Source: Escherichia phage RB16
Strand: one strand, 5' to 3'
Sequence record: NC_014467.1
DNA length: 64,000 nucleotides
Shown: piece by piece, positions 18,072 through 26,406 of the stretch
How positions within the stretch are numbered: the first letter of the stretch is position 1
How the letters are laid out: each line of letters starts with the position of its first letter
The notes under the pieces: model-generated
Told to the model about the DNA's origin: nothing
The model's input: only the letters and a program-made list of their open reading frames with translations
Database searches by the model: none
Position numbers and translations under genes: made by a program

Positions 18072-18230
18072 AATTGTAGACCTATGCTCATTTAAATTGA
18101 TCGTCCCATAGTTGCCACGCTTCCAGTTCATCATTGTATTCAGGGAGTGAACGTTCCCCTGGTTTCTTGACGTAATACCAGATAATGATAGCAACGGCGA
18201 TAACAGTACCGTAAAAGATAATTAATCCCA

Positions 18231-18557
18231 TTAGTATAATCCTATTCCGGCGTTATATTCATCCACCAGATAGGTACGCAGTTTTTCGCAGCGTTCCTTA
18301 TTCGGTGCGCGGGTACAGAGTTTCATCATTGGTTCAGACTGCAAAAACTCACGCTGTTTAACCAGCTTCTGACGCTTATACAGGTGCGCATTTTCTTCGC
18401 CCCACACATAAGCCGCGTCGAGTTGTTCCGCGATCACCTGGTAACATACCGCAGTATCTTTAATGTCTCGATGGTCGCAGAGTTCAGACAGACGGTTGTC
18501 ATCAACAGCGAACACGGAACCAGAAACCAAAGTCAGCAACAGCGCAAGTTTTTTCAT
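18231..18557 (-). CDS. secreted small protein with 4 Cys (signal peptide MKKLALLLTLVSGSVFA)
   Basis: predicted signal peptide; periplasmic, possible superinfection-exclusion-type protein. Confidence 0.45.
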   Translation of the reverse strand: MKKLALLLTLVSGSVFAVDDNRLSELCDHRDIKDTAVCYQVIAEQLDAAYVWGEENAHLYKRQKLVKQREFLQSEPMMKLCTRAPNKERCEKLRTYLVDEYNAGIGLY

Positions 18558-18559
18558 TA

Positions 18560-18961
18560 TTACTCTCCCAGTACGTAAACAAAGCGGTCTTCGATTGAAT
18601 CGTTAACACATTCGTAAATTCCCCCAGCGCGTACAGCTTTACGAATGCCGGATTTTACGATTTCCATGATCTCTTTGTTGCTTCCCCATACATTCAAATT
18701 GAAGTATAGCGCACATTCGATTGGATAGTCTTCTACGTTGCGATACACATCATCACTTTCACATACAAACAGTATGCGCTTTTCTTCTCCATATTCGAAG
18801 TAAATGCTAAACGCGTTCATACTGTTTTTATCAACAGTGATTTGAGTGATTTTAACGTTCGGTTTGCTTTTGAGTTCAGCAAGAACACTCTGAATAATAG
18901 ATAACGCATTCAGTTTAATAAGTCCGCATTTTCCTACAATAACACGATGTGATGTACTCAT
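18560..18961 (-). CDS. hypothetical protein (133 aa)
   Basis: ORF track; preceded by promoter cassette. Confidence 0.45.
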   Translation of the reverse strand: MSTSHRVIVGKCGLIKLNALSIIQSVLAELKSKPNVKITQITVDKNSMNAFSIYFEYGEEKRILFVCESDDVYRNVEDYPIECALYFNLNVWGSNKEIMEIVKSGIRKAVRAGGIYECVNDSIEDRFVYVLGE

Positions 18962-18989
18962 AATTCAATCCTCAATAGTTGGTACACAC

Positions 18990-19024
18990 ATAATAAAAAA
19001 GCCCCTGCAAAAATGCAAGGGCTT
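18990..19024 (-). promoter_or_regulatory. terminator-hairpin/promoter cassette (-35 TTGCAT, 17-nt spacer, -10 TATTAT)
   Basis: minus strand GCCCTTGCATTTTTGCAGGGGC TTTTTT ATTATG. Confidence 0.45.
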
Positions 19025-19028
19025 TCGA

Positions 19029-19677
19029 TTAAATAATTTGCTTTTCTTCTAACAGTTTCGCGGTATGGTTAACCATGCGAGCATAATCACGGGCTTCTTT
19101 CTTCGTATACTTGAAGCCCGCGTTATAGCTTGCCAGCGCCTTTTTCAAGTCGCCTTTGTGGTAATCAAGCCAGTATTCCAGTTCATGAATGGCAAACTTA
19201 GAACCTCCCCGAAGGGATTCGAGCTTATTGATTACTACGCGTTTGGAATATGATTTATCCATCCGTGCGGAAGCACTGTTTACAGTGACTTGCCAACAGC
19301 CATAAGCATGATGACCTTTTTTGCCCTTTCCGGTGTTCTCACATGCGCGAGATTCGATCCAGGCGATAGCCGCTAAATGATATCCCAAACGTTTCGATTT
19401 TTCTTTTTTCAGCAGGTTTTGCAGTCGTTAGATCATAGTCGTTGCCAACTCTGAAAGCATACTCCAAAACCTTTTTCTGCTTTGGTGTAATTTCGTCCAA
19501 TTCCTTGACATATGCAGGGGCATTGGCTGGTGCTTTCTTGATCACTGTTGCCTGTTGAAGCGGAAGTGTTGACTGAACAGCAGGAAGTTTTTCGATGAAT
19601 TCTCCTAGCGGATCTGTCTTTGCGTGACCAGAAAAAGAGCATAAGAAAATGAAAGGTAGTATCCATTTGAATCTCAT
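19029..19677 (-). CDS. soluble lytic transglycosylase (SLT domain) split over two overlapping frames; frameshift or pseudogene
   Basis: ORF 19339-19677 gives signal peptide MRFKWILPFIFLCSFSGHA; ORF 19029-19388 gives catalytic LAAIAWIESR...AYNAG; overlap contains an A6/T6 run at 19404-19409. Confidence 0.5.
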
Positions 19678-20234
19678 GGGCTTTCCTTATTATAAAAAGT
19701 TCCAAAATTTAACAACGCTGATTTTTTATAAGCGTTGCTTGCTTCTTCAGGATCATCAAAAGATCCCAAGTAGGTTGCTTTACCATTAATGGTTATTTGA
19801 GCAATCCACTTTTCATTTATAGTATTCCAAGTAACACCGATAAAACCAGAAGTATTAGTTTTCATCATACTTTTCTTTTGCTGATTTTGAGTATTAGTCA
19901 CTTCTTGCAAGTTGTCAATACCATCACCAAAAGAAACACCTTTCTTATGATCAATCATAACAGGAAGAGTACCTGTAGATACATAATACACGATGCGGTG
20001 TCTTCTAAACTGCTTTCCTTTGAAGTTTATAACGGTATATCCATCTTTCCGCAAGGTTCCTGCAAAAGAACCAACTTTAATTTTTCGGTTAGTTGATTTT
20101 ATCCATACACACGTACCGGAAACAACGTCAACGCTGATATATTCAAGTAATTCATCAATCAGTTGTTTTTCTTCTGATAGTGTACGCTCTCCCCATCCAT
20201 AAGATTTAGTCATGTTTAATACCTTTTGTAACAA
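19674..20234 (-). CDS. HNH homing endonuclease with AP2-type domain (paralog of 11414-11947)
   Basis: FRRHRIVYYVSTGTLP...IDHKKG...DNLQ and SGFIGVTW...KWIAQI...LGSF...EEA. Confidence 0.7.
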   Translation of the reverse strand: MLQKVLNMTKSYGWGERTLSEEKQLIDELLEYISVDVVSGTCVWIKSTNRKIKVGSFAGTLRKDGYTVINFKGKQFRRHRIVYYVSTGTLPVMIDHKKGVSFGDGIDNLQEVTNTQNQQKKSMMKTNTSGFIGVTWNTINEKWIAQITINGKATYLGSFDDPEEASNAYKKSALLNFGTFYNKESP

Positions 20235-20272
20235 GAGAGGGCAATGATACCTTCACCTTATTATTTACGCAA

Positions 20273-20833
20273 CTAAAATTCTGGTTCTTCCGACTCACCC
20301 AGTTTATTGATGATGAATTCAGCAACGTTATAGTTTGAAATCGACTTATTGGGATCGTACAGGGAAACGAGTTCTTCGAAAGATACTTGTACGACTTTCT
20401 TAAAGTGGACACCCCAGTTAGTAAAAAAGATCTCACTATTATCGAAACAACAAACAGGACTGAATAAAGCGCGATACTTATATCCGCTATAACATTCCAG
20501 TCGGCTACTATGGTGTGCGTTACTGGTGATAAGGAAACGCCCCTGATGTGTTTCAACAACATAAAAGAAACCCAGACGTTCTTTATCATCAAATATACTG
20601 ACAAATTTACGATGTGATTCCTCGCGTTCAACACGGGTTTCAATGGCTTTCCATGTTGGTTCGTATTCAGGCCAATCGTGTTCGACAACAACAGCCTTTA
20701 ACGGTTCTTTACCATCACGGGAACGTTGACGTTCAACCCGTCGCGCAATAGCACGTAAACTCAGTTGATCTTCATATTTCAATTTGTCGAAATCAGACAT
20801 TTTGATCACAATATACTTTTGTTCGCGTTCCAT
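20273..20833 (-). CDS. hypothetical protein (186 aa)
   Basis: ORF track. Confidence 0.45.
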   Translation of the reverse strand: MEREQKYIVIKMSDFDKLKYEDQLSLRAIARRVERQRSRDGKEPLKAVVVEHDWPEYEPTWKAIETRVEREESHRKFVSIFDDKERLGFFYVVETHQGRFLITSNAHHSSRLECYSGYKYRALFSPVCCFDNSEIFFTNWGVHFKKVVQVSFEELVSLYDPNKSISNYNVAEFIINKLGESEEPEF

Positions 20834-21009
20834 TATTTCACCACGATTTTATTATGACAGATAGGACAGGTGATCATTCTGTAGGTATCACGACCACCAG
20901 TGTAATCAGTATGCGTTTCTTCGCGAACGTCAGTTGCCACGTAAGAAAGACGCGAATCACATTTACGACAATTTACTTCTTTCGGTTTCATTTCAACAAC
21001 TTGTACCAT
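20833..21009 (-). CDS. small zinc-ribbon protein (58 aa)
   Basis: hand translation MVQVVEMKPKEVNCRKCDSRLSYVATDVREETHTDYTGGRDTYRMITCPICHNKIVVK; CxxC...CxxC; stop overlaps next start (TAATG). Confidence 0.35.
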   Translation of the reverse strand: MVQVVEMKPKEVNCRKCDSRLSYVATDVREETHTDYTGGRDTYRMITCPICHNKIVVK

Positions 21010-21016
21010 AATAACC

Positions 21017-21214
21017 TCAGTTCAGATTTAAGTTGACTTTACTACCGCACTTAGGGCAGGTAATGAACTTCTTCACGATGTAGTCAGCAGGACTATAAAA
21101 CCCGTTGTAAATGGTTACTGTCTTGCTTTGAATGTCTTCCAGTTCGTATTCTAACCCAGTACGACAGGATTCGCAAACAGTAATTAATTTTGGCGAAACG
21201 ATAATTTTGATCAT
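21017..21214 (-). CDS. small zinc-ribbon protein (65 aa)
   Basis: MIKIIVSPKLITVCESC...ITCPKCGSKV; start trimmed from ORF 21017-21289. Confidence 0.4.
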   Translation of the reverse strand: MIKIIVSPKLITVCESCRTGLEYELEDIQSKTVTIYNGFYSPADYIVKKFITCPKCGSKVNLNLN

Positions 21215-21231
21215 GTATACCTCACGAAAAA

Positions 21232-21247
21232 AGGGGCCGAAGCCCCT
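21232..21247 (-). terminator. intrinsic terminator after phoH
   Basis: AGGGGC-TTCG-GCCCCT + TTTTTCG on minus strand. Confidence 0.55.
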
Positions 21248-21251
21248 TTGA

Positions 21252-22601
21252 TTAAAAGTTGTCTTCGACGAATGCTGCCAGGCGTCCACGATACACAGTA
21301 TTCAGGATTATGTGACTAGCATGGTCATATTCTTTAAGTTTTTCAACAGCATAGACAAAACCGTTGTTTACAGCAGTGTTTCGCGGGTTGTCAATCTGCT
21401 TAATATTCCCGCATAGTATCAGAAGTGTGTTCTCTCCGCAACGGGAAATAATGGATTTTATTTCATGGTTGCTCAAGTTTTGACATTCGTCAACAATCAG
21501 CACTGAACCTTTACCAGGATCTGGGTGTCCGATAGAACGCCCACGGAAGTAATACAGGCTGGGGAACTGTACAACACCTTTCTCTAACAGCCCTTCGACG
21601 TACTTATCAACTTCCGGTTGATCCTTAAACAGAATGTTCAGGCTTGTAATACATGGTTCAATAGACGGTCGTAATTTTTCGCCCAGTGTACCAGGTAAGA
21701 ACCCGATTTCTCCCGACAGCGGGCTATCCGATTTTACATACATCACATTGGCAAAATGACCCGCACTTACCAGGTGCATAGCACCAGCAACCGCCAGCAT
21801 TGTTTTACCGGAACCAGCCGCGCCCATAATGGTCACTGCATCAATGTTTTTATCCAGAATGGAATCAACGAAAGACGCTTGCAACGCATCGCGAGGTTGA
21901 ATGGTTTTCATCAGCTTGCGTTTCATCAGGTGTTCGTGTTTCAACGGCAACACTTCAAGCTGAAACTCTCCAGCATCCACCACACGCCCGACAACCTCAC
22001 CACCAGACAGAATGTATTGGTTAGGGTAGAAATCTACCTTATAGTCGGCAAACGACGCATAGCTAATCAATGCAATGTCACCATTGTACCCGACAACATC
22101 AACGATGTTCCAGAAGTCGGTCAGTTCAATATAACCGGAATACAGAACATCACTATCTTTCAGTGTGTCATCGCCCGTGTACTGTTCAACAGGGCAACCC
22201 TTAGACATTGCGATCAGCAGCATATTGATATCGCGGGTTACTAAGGTCGCTTTCTCCTGCAAACAGGTAGCGATAATGCGAGCATCTTGCTTATCAAGCG
22301 GGAACTCTTCACCACCGACATAATCGACGATACGCAGAGTAACGCTATCGGGTAAAGCTGGGTTTGTTTGACCCAACGAAACCCCAGTTTGGGTAATTGC
22401 TTCATACTTCTGTCCCAGGACAATTTTAGACAGAAGTCGGATCACTAAACGTGCTTCGCGGGAAGTGTGTTCCTTTGATTTCAGGTGATCCAGTTCTTCC
22501 ATTGTTGCAGCGGTAATGATGATCTCAGTACCAGGGGCAACATAAGAATAGATTGAATATGGGTTCGAGATTAAAACGTTGGTATCTAGAACATATTTCA
22601 T
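21252..22601 (-). CDS. phoH: PhoH-like ATPase with N-terminal PIN domain
   Basis: N-terminal VLDTNVLIS (PIN-like) and Walker A GAAGSGKT, Walker B LIVDECQN; start set at MKYVLDTNV. Confidence 0.8.
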   Translation of the reverse strand: MKYVLDTNVLISNPYSIYSYVAPGTEIIITAATMEELDHLKSKEHTSREARLVIRLLSKIVLGQKYEAITQTGVSLGQTNPALPDSVTLRIVDYVGGEEFPLDKQDARIIATCLQEKATLVTRDINMLLIAMSKGCPVEQYTGDDTLKDSDVLYSGYIELTDFWNIVDVVGYNGDIALISYASFADYKVDFYPNQYILSGGEVVGRVVDAGEFQLEVLPLKHEHLMKRKLMKTIQPRDALQASFVDSILDKNIDAVTIMGAAGSGKTMLAVAGAMHLVSAGHFANVMYVKSDSPLSGEIGFLPGTLGEKLRPSIEPCITSLNILFKDQPEVDKYVEGLLEKGVVQFPSLYYFRGRSIGHPDPGKGSVLIVDECQNLSNHEIKSIISRCGENTLLILCGNIKQIDNPRNTAVNNGFVYAVEKLKEYDHASHIILNTVYRGRLAAFVEDNF

Positions 22602-22655
22602 AGAAGTTTTCCTGTTAATTGCGAGGTACGCGGATTCGCACCCCGCGTAATGCAA

Positions 22656-23114
22656 TTACATACCCAAACGGATAATGTGAATGTATGGGAAAGGATGCAG
22701 GTTACTATTTCTCATGCAGATCATGAGTGTTTGAACCAGTTCCCAACGGTCATCAAATTTTGTGTTGCATTCATCAAAAATCAGGTTGATAGCCTGATGC
22801 TCGATACGTCTACCACGAAAGATTGTGGTTAAATCCTGTCTGCTAGACAGCAGCATCAGATTTTCACAGTCGGCTTCAAATCGTTGGGCTTCACCTACTG
22901 CAAGTTGCTTTGTCGGGGCAACATAGATGTTCAGTGTACCTTTCGACTGTCTGATAATTTCAAACGCCGCTTTCGTTTTACCAGATCGACGGCCCATATC
23001 AAGCGCCGTTTCAAACACTGCAACGCCCGTTGTATCTGCTTGTCCTTCCATTACGCGCATCAGGTGCATATTGCGCGATTGCTTAACAGCATCAACGTAA
23101 AATTTTGAAAACAT
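22656..23114 (-). CDS. small P-loop NTPase-like protein (152 aa)
   Basis: Walker A MGRRSGKT and Walker B-like LIFDEC. Confidence 0.45.
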   Translation of the reverse strand: MFSKFYVDAVKQSRNMHLMRVMEGQADTTGVAVFETALDMGRRSGKTKAAFEIIRQSKGTLNIYVAPTKQLAVGEAQRFEADCENLMLLSSRQDLTTIFRGRRIEHQAINLIFDECNTKFDDRWELVQTLMICMRNSNLHPFPYIHIIRLGM

Positions 23115-23123
23115 GTTATCGCC

Positions 23124-23519
23124 TTACGCAAGTTCAATATGCGGCGCGTCGATGAACTTAGTTTCAATAGGAAGACGCGGATCATTCTTCCAGTTGATAC
23201 CGAAACGCAGTTTCACGCCCAGTTCATCACCAGCTTTTTTCATTGCGTCAAGGACAGGCAACCACACTTTCGGGTTTTTCTGCCAACCTTCCGGCAGTAC
23301 ACTAGGATACAGATCCACAGCATCGCCAGTGATGTGCTTTGATGCCATTGTCTGAGATACACCCTGGCGCACGTATTCGCGCTGTTGCTCTACGGTACGC
23401 AGACCTTCACGTACACCGAAATCAACGGTTGAGAGTTCAAGAGCACGGGTTACAACCTTAACCAGTTCAGGCTTAACGCCTTTCAGGTTGTTCAGGCTTT
23501 TCTGACTAAATTTAAACAT
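23124..23519 (-). CDS. peptidase M15-type L-alanyl-D-glutamate endopeptidase (candidate endolysin)
   Basis: zinc-ligand signature SKHITGDAVD (SxHxxGxAxD) and C-terminal DAPHIE. Confidence 0.65.
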   Translation of the reverse strand: MFKFSQKSLNNLKGVKPELVKVVTRALELSTVDFGVREGLRTVEQQREYVRQGVSQTMASKHITGDAVDLYPSVLPEGWQKNPKVWLPVLDAMKKAGDELGVKLRFGINWKNDPRLPIETKFIDAPHIELA

Positions 23520-23585
23520 ACATACCTCTTTATGAAAATACCCTATGGGCTACACAGGGTATTTACGGTTTAAGAGGCGCAACAG

Positions 23586-24008
23586 TTACATTTCCCAGAG
23601 AGCATCATCCGCTCTACGGATGGTCCATTCTCTGTGCATTTTACGACTTTCTTCTCTGATTTCGAGAGGCAGATTATCGTTGTTGATTTGGTCAACATAT
23701 TCCCGTGCATCTTTTTCGCTAAGGAAAAAAGCATGGAAATTATAATGATTGCGCCCCAATACATTTCGATCCATCAATGAACATCGACTATGATTTTCCC
23801 AGTCATTGTAAATGGTAATACACTTAACAAACAACCCGATTCCACGATGATTATACGGGAATCCAGTGATGATATGTTTACGACCCATTTCTGCTTTAAC
23901 ACCAGTGATGCTAAACACTTCATACAGAATAGCACCAGGTTTAATGTCTTTCAGTTGAGCACGTTTTTCAAAAGCATTCATAATATACACCTCACAATTA
24001 GTTTTCAT
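23586..24008 (-). CDS. hypothetical protein (140 aa)
   Basis: ORF track. Confidence 0.45.
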   Translation of the reverse strand: MKTNCEVYIMNAFEKRAQLKDIKPGAILYEVFSITGVKAEMGRKHIITGFPYNHRGIGLFVKCITIYNDWENHSRCSLMDRNVLGRNHYNFHAFFLSEKDAREYVDQINNDNLPLEIREESRKMHREWTIRRADDALWEM

Positions 24009-24036
24009 ATACAGATTACCATAGTCAGGTTATCTG

Positions 24037-24357
24037 TCAACAGGGATTATCGTTTTTTGATGGAAAAGTTAACTGGAACAAACGGTCATGCAACGCGTCG
24101 ATACGTTCACACGCTTGCTTGAGTATCACTTTATCCCCCGCGCTGGTTGTCTCAATGCAGCCCAGTTCGTCCGCATCAATCGCGATCACATCATCAATCA
24201 GGGAAGCAAAAACGTTAACGTCAGGATGCGTCAGTTCCTTTATCTCCGCTTCCATTCCGTCATGCTGGGATAACAGTTCGATGATATCTCTTTGCAGATC
24301 TCCCTGGTACGGGAAACCTGTTTGAAGATGGTTGATTATTCTTTCTGCTTTGGTCAT
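24037..24357 (-). CDS. hypothetical protein (106 aa)
   Basis: ORF track. Confidence 0.4.
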   Translation of the reverse strand: MTKAERIINHLQTGFPYQGDLQRDIIELLSQHDGMEAEIKELTHPDVNVFASLIDDVIAIDADELGCIETTSAGDKVILKQACERIDALHDRLFQLTFPSKNDNPC

Positions 24358-24370
24358 ATTTCACCTACAA

Positions 24371-24390
24371 AAAAGCCCCTTTCGGGGCTT
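24371..24390 (-). terminator. intrinsic terminator
   Basis: AGCCCC-GAAA-GGGGCT + TTTTTTG on minus strand. Confidence 0.55.
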
Positions 24391-24395
24391 CTGGA

Positions 24396-24659
24396 TTAAA
24401 GTTCACAGCAACGGCACACACCGTAATTGCTGAAAGGTTCTTCGCCGCTCAAATAAGCCCAGAAGTCGCAAGCCTGTTCAGCGGTTTCGAAGATTGCAGC
24501 CTCGTAGAAACCACGTTCTTCATTACCTGCTTCGTTGATATAAACCGGAGTCCAGAGGCTCGGTTTGAAGCAGTCAGAAACAACTACCCAACCATCTTTC
24601 GCTTTCATTGCTTCTTTATTCGCTTCAACCATTTCCAGAATTTCGTTCAGTAAGCTCAT
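24396..24659 (-). CDS. hypothetical protein (87 aa)
   Basis: ORF track; preceded by sigma70-like promoter. Confidence 0.45.
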   Translation of the reverse strand: MSLLNEILEMVEANKEAMKAKDGWVVVSDCFKPSLWTPVYINEAGNEERGFYEAAIFETAEQACDFWAYLSGEEPFSNYGVCRCCEL

Positions 24660-24699
24660 TTTGAATCCCCTTTAATCCGTTTCGTTGTCTACGAGAGAG

Positions 24700-24727
24700 A
24701 TATTATCATACTGGGGATTCATGTCAA
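24700..24727 (-). promoter_or_regulatory. sigma70-like promoter (TTGACA, 16-nt spacer, TAATAT)
   Basis: minus strand TTGACATGAATCCCCAGTATGATAATAT about 40 nt upstream of ATG at 24659. Confidence 0.5.
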
Positions 24728-24730
24728 CAC

Positions 24731-24994
24731 TTATTCGAAACGAATCGTGCTATTTTTGAAAAACATTCCAGAGCACACAGCACCAGCGATCGGTTTACCG
24801 TTTACGCCCGTAGCCGTAAATCCGGTTGCGTATGTATCCTTTTCAGAACAGGAAAACCAGCTATATCCTGTGAACTGAATATTCGAATACCCTTGCGCTT
24901 CCAGGATACGCTGTGCTTCTCGTTCGTCGGTACAGCTTGATTGCAATAGAACGAGAACCACAACCAGTAAGACACATCCAATAACTTTAAACAT
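24731..24994 (-). CDS. small lipoprotein-like/secreted protein (87 aa)
   Basis: hydrophobic N-terminus MFKVIGCVLLVVVLVLLQSSC with Cys after it. Confidence 0.4.
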   Translation of the reverse strand: MFKVIGCVLLVVVLVLLQSSCTDEREAQRILEAQGYSNIQFTGYSWFSCSEKDTYATGFTATGVNGKPIAGAVCSGMFFKNSTIRFE

Positions 24995-24996
24995 AA

Positions 24997-25473
24997 TTAC
25001 ACTCTTTTTAAGTTGGTTTTACTTGCTTGAACCCAGCTAACACCTAAAGAACCACAACGGAAACCGCTGATAGCACCGAGACATACAGTTGTATGACTGA
25101 AAGTGTTAGGTAAATCGACCTGGTTATCAGGAGAGATACCCAAATCATGTACGCTTACATCAGTTGCATACAGATAACCACCAGACACATACAGGGAATT
25201 GATCGAACCGAACGCGTCATTAGGCCATTTAAAACGGTATTTGTCGCCCCATAGCTCAACTTCATACACCTGATATTCATCGAACAGAGGATCGTTACCC
25301 TTCGTTGCTGTATAAAGAGCACTACGCCATTCATACAGCTTTGCTTCAATGTCACTAACATTGATTTCTTTACCAGCGCTTAAATCATCAAGCACTTGCT
25401 CAAGTTTGCGGATTGCTCCGCTTAATTCACAAGAAAGATTCATACAATACCCTCTTCTTTGAGCACTTCCCAA
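24997..25473 (-). CDS. hypothetical protein (158 aa)
   Basis: ORF track. Confidence 0.45.
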   Translation of the reverse strand: MGSAQRRGYCMNLSCELSGAIRKLEQVLDDLSAGKEINVSDIEAKLYEWRSALYTATKGNDPLFDEYQVYEVELWGDKYRFKWPNDAFGSINSLYVSGGYLYATDVSVHDLGISPDNQVDLPNTFSHTTVCLGAISGFRCGSLGVSWVQASKTNLKRV

Positions 25474-25799
25474 ATAAGTTTATCCAGGTGCATTAGGTTC
25501 CACATAACAGAGTCATACGAACCCAGCGAGCGGGAGTAAATTACACCCCATGAACGATATGCTTTTTGAAACTCTTCCGCGCTGTTTGTATCGCACGGCA
25601 TATCATCACCAGAAGCGATCAGCAGTTTAAACACCATCAGGCTGTTGAGCAGTTTTGAACTTGCGTCCTGTTCTCTCAGCTTAGACCAATACCGTTCGAT
25701 AATCGCTTTTGCTTTCGGTTCAGTAATACGCCCATTACTACAACGTTCACGATACACATACATCAGTTCATCGAGTATTTCTGTCATAACACACCCCAT
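25440..25799 (-). CDS. hypothetical protein (119 aa)
   Basis: ORF track. Confidence 0.4.
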   Translation of the reverse strand: MGCVMTEILDELMYVYRERCSNGRITEPKAKAIIERYWSKLREQDASSKLLNSLMVFKLLIASGDDMPCDTNSAEEFQKAYRSWGVIYSRSLGSYDSVMWNLMHLDKLIWEVLKEEGIV

Positions 25800-26110
25800 T
25801 TACTTTTGATTCTGTTGCATTCTTCCGCACACTCTTTTTCCGCAAGGATTTTACGAACAACCGCGTTTCTGATTTTCCAGAGATAATCAATCATCTGCAT
25901 ATCTTCGGGAGTGTGATAACCTTTCATATCGCATTCAAATACGATAGCATCGCGTTCTGACATTGCCATTATCGCGGTAGCCGAACAAATGGTCATCCCA
26001 CTATATTTTTCAATCAACGATTCCAGTGTACGCGTTTCTGCCGGAATGTCAATAGTTATCGGAACAGGACGGATTCTTGTAGTCGAATCGTCGAAGGATT
26101 GATAAATCAT
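25784..26110 (-). CDS. hypothetical protein (108 aa)
   Basis: ORF track. Confidence 0.4.
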   Translation of the reverse strand: MIYQSFDDSTTRIRPVPITIDIPAETRTLESLIEKYSGMTICSATAIMAMSERDAIVFECDMKGYHTPEDMQMIDYLWKIRNAVVRKILAEKECAEECNRIKSKWGVL

Positions 26111-26406
26111 ATCATCTTACCATATTTGAGAGTATTCATATAACCGATGATGTATTCAACAACAGCATCGCGTTCTTCTTCACATTCATATCCAGCCCAC
26201 GTTATCGACTGATTATGTGCTAAATGAAACTTAATCGCAGGTTTCCATGTTTTGTTAAGACAAGGAATTTTAGCATCAGTCTCAATCCATGAAACGTGCT
26301 CTACGTTAACAGGATAGTTAATACATTCCACCTCTGCATTACTATTGTATACAAAATGGTCTGCATATAAACGTTTATACGATTTAATTTCTGGTACAAT
26401 AATCAT
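26107..26406 (-). CDS. hypothetical protein (99 aa)
   Basis: ORF track. Confidence 0.4.
   Translation of the reverse strand: MIIVPEIKSYKRLYADHFVYNSNAEVECINYPVNVEHVSWIETDAKIPCLNKTWKPAIKFHLAHNQSITWAGYECEEERDAVVEYIIGYMNTLKYGKMI

Noticed and set aside
18000-18230. Possible small membrane ORFs in the gap between 17787-17999 and 18231-18557
   Set aside because: Candidate ORFs hit early stop codons on careful hand translation; the region instead holds a stem-loop at 18053-18071
19433-19705. Minus-strand 90-aa ORF overlapping the SLT N-terminal segment and the HNH-AP2 gene
   Set aside because: Alternative frame across two better-supported genes; Cys/Ser-rich low-complexity translation
21756-22244. 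Plus-strand ORF (162 aa) antisense to phoH
   Set aside because: phoH frame has Walker motifs; antisense frame is featureless
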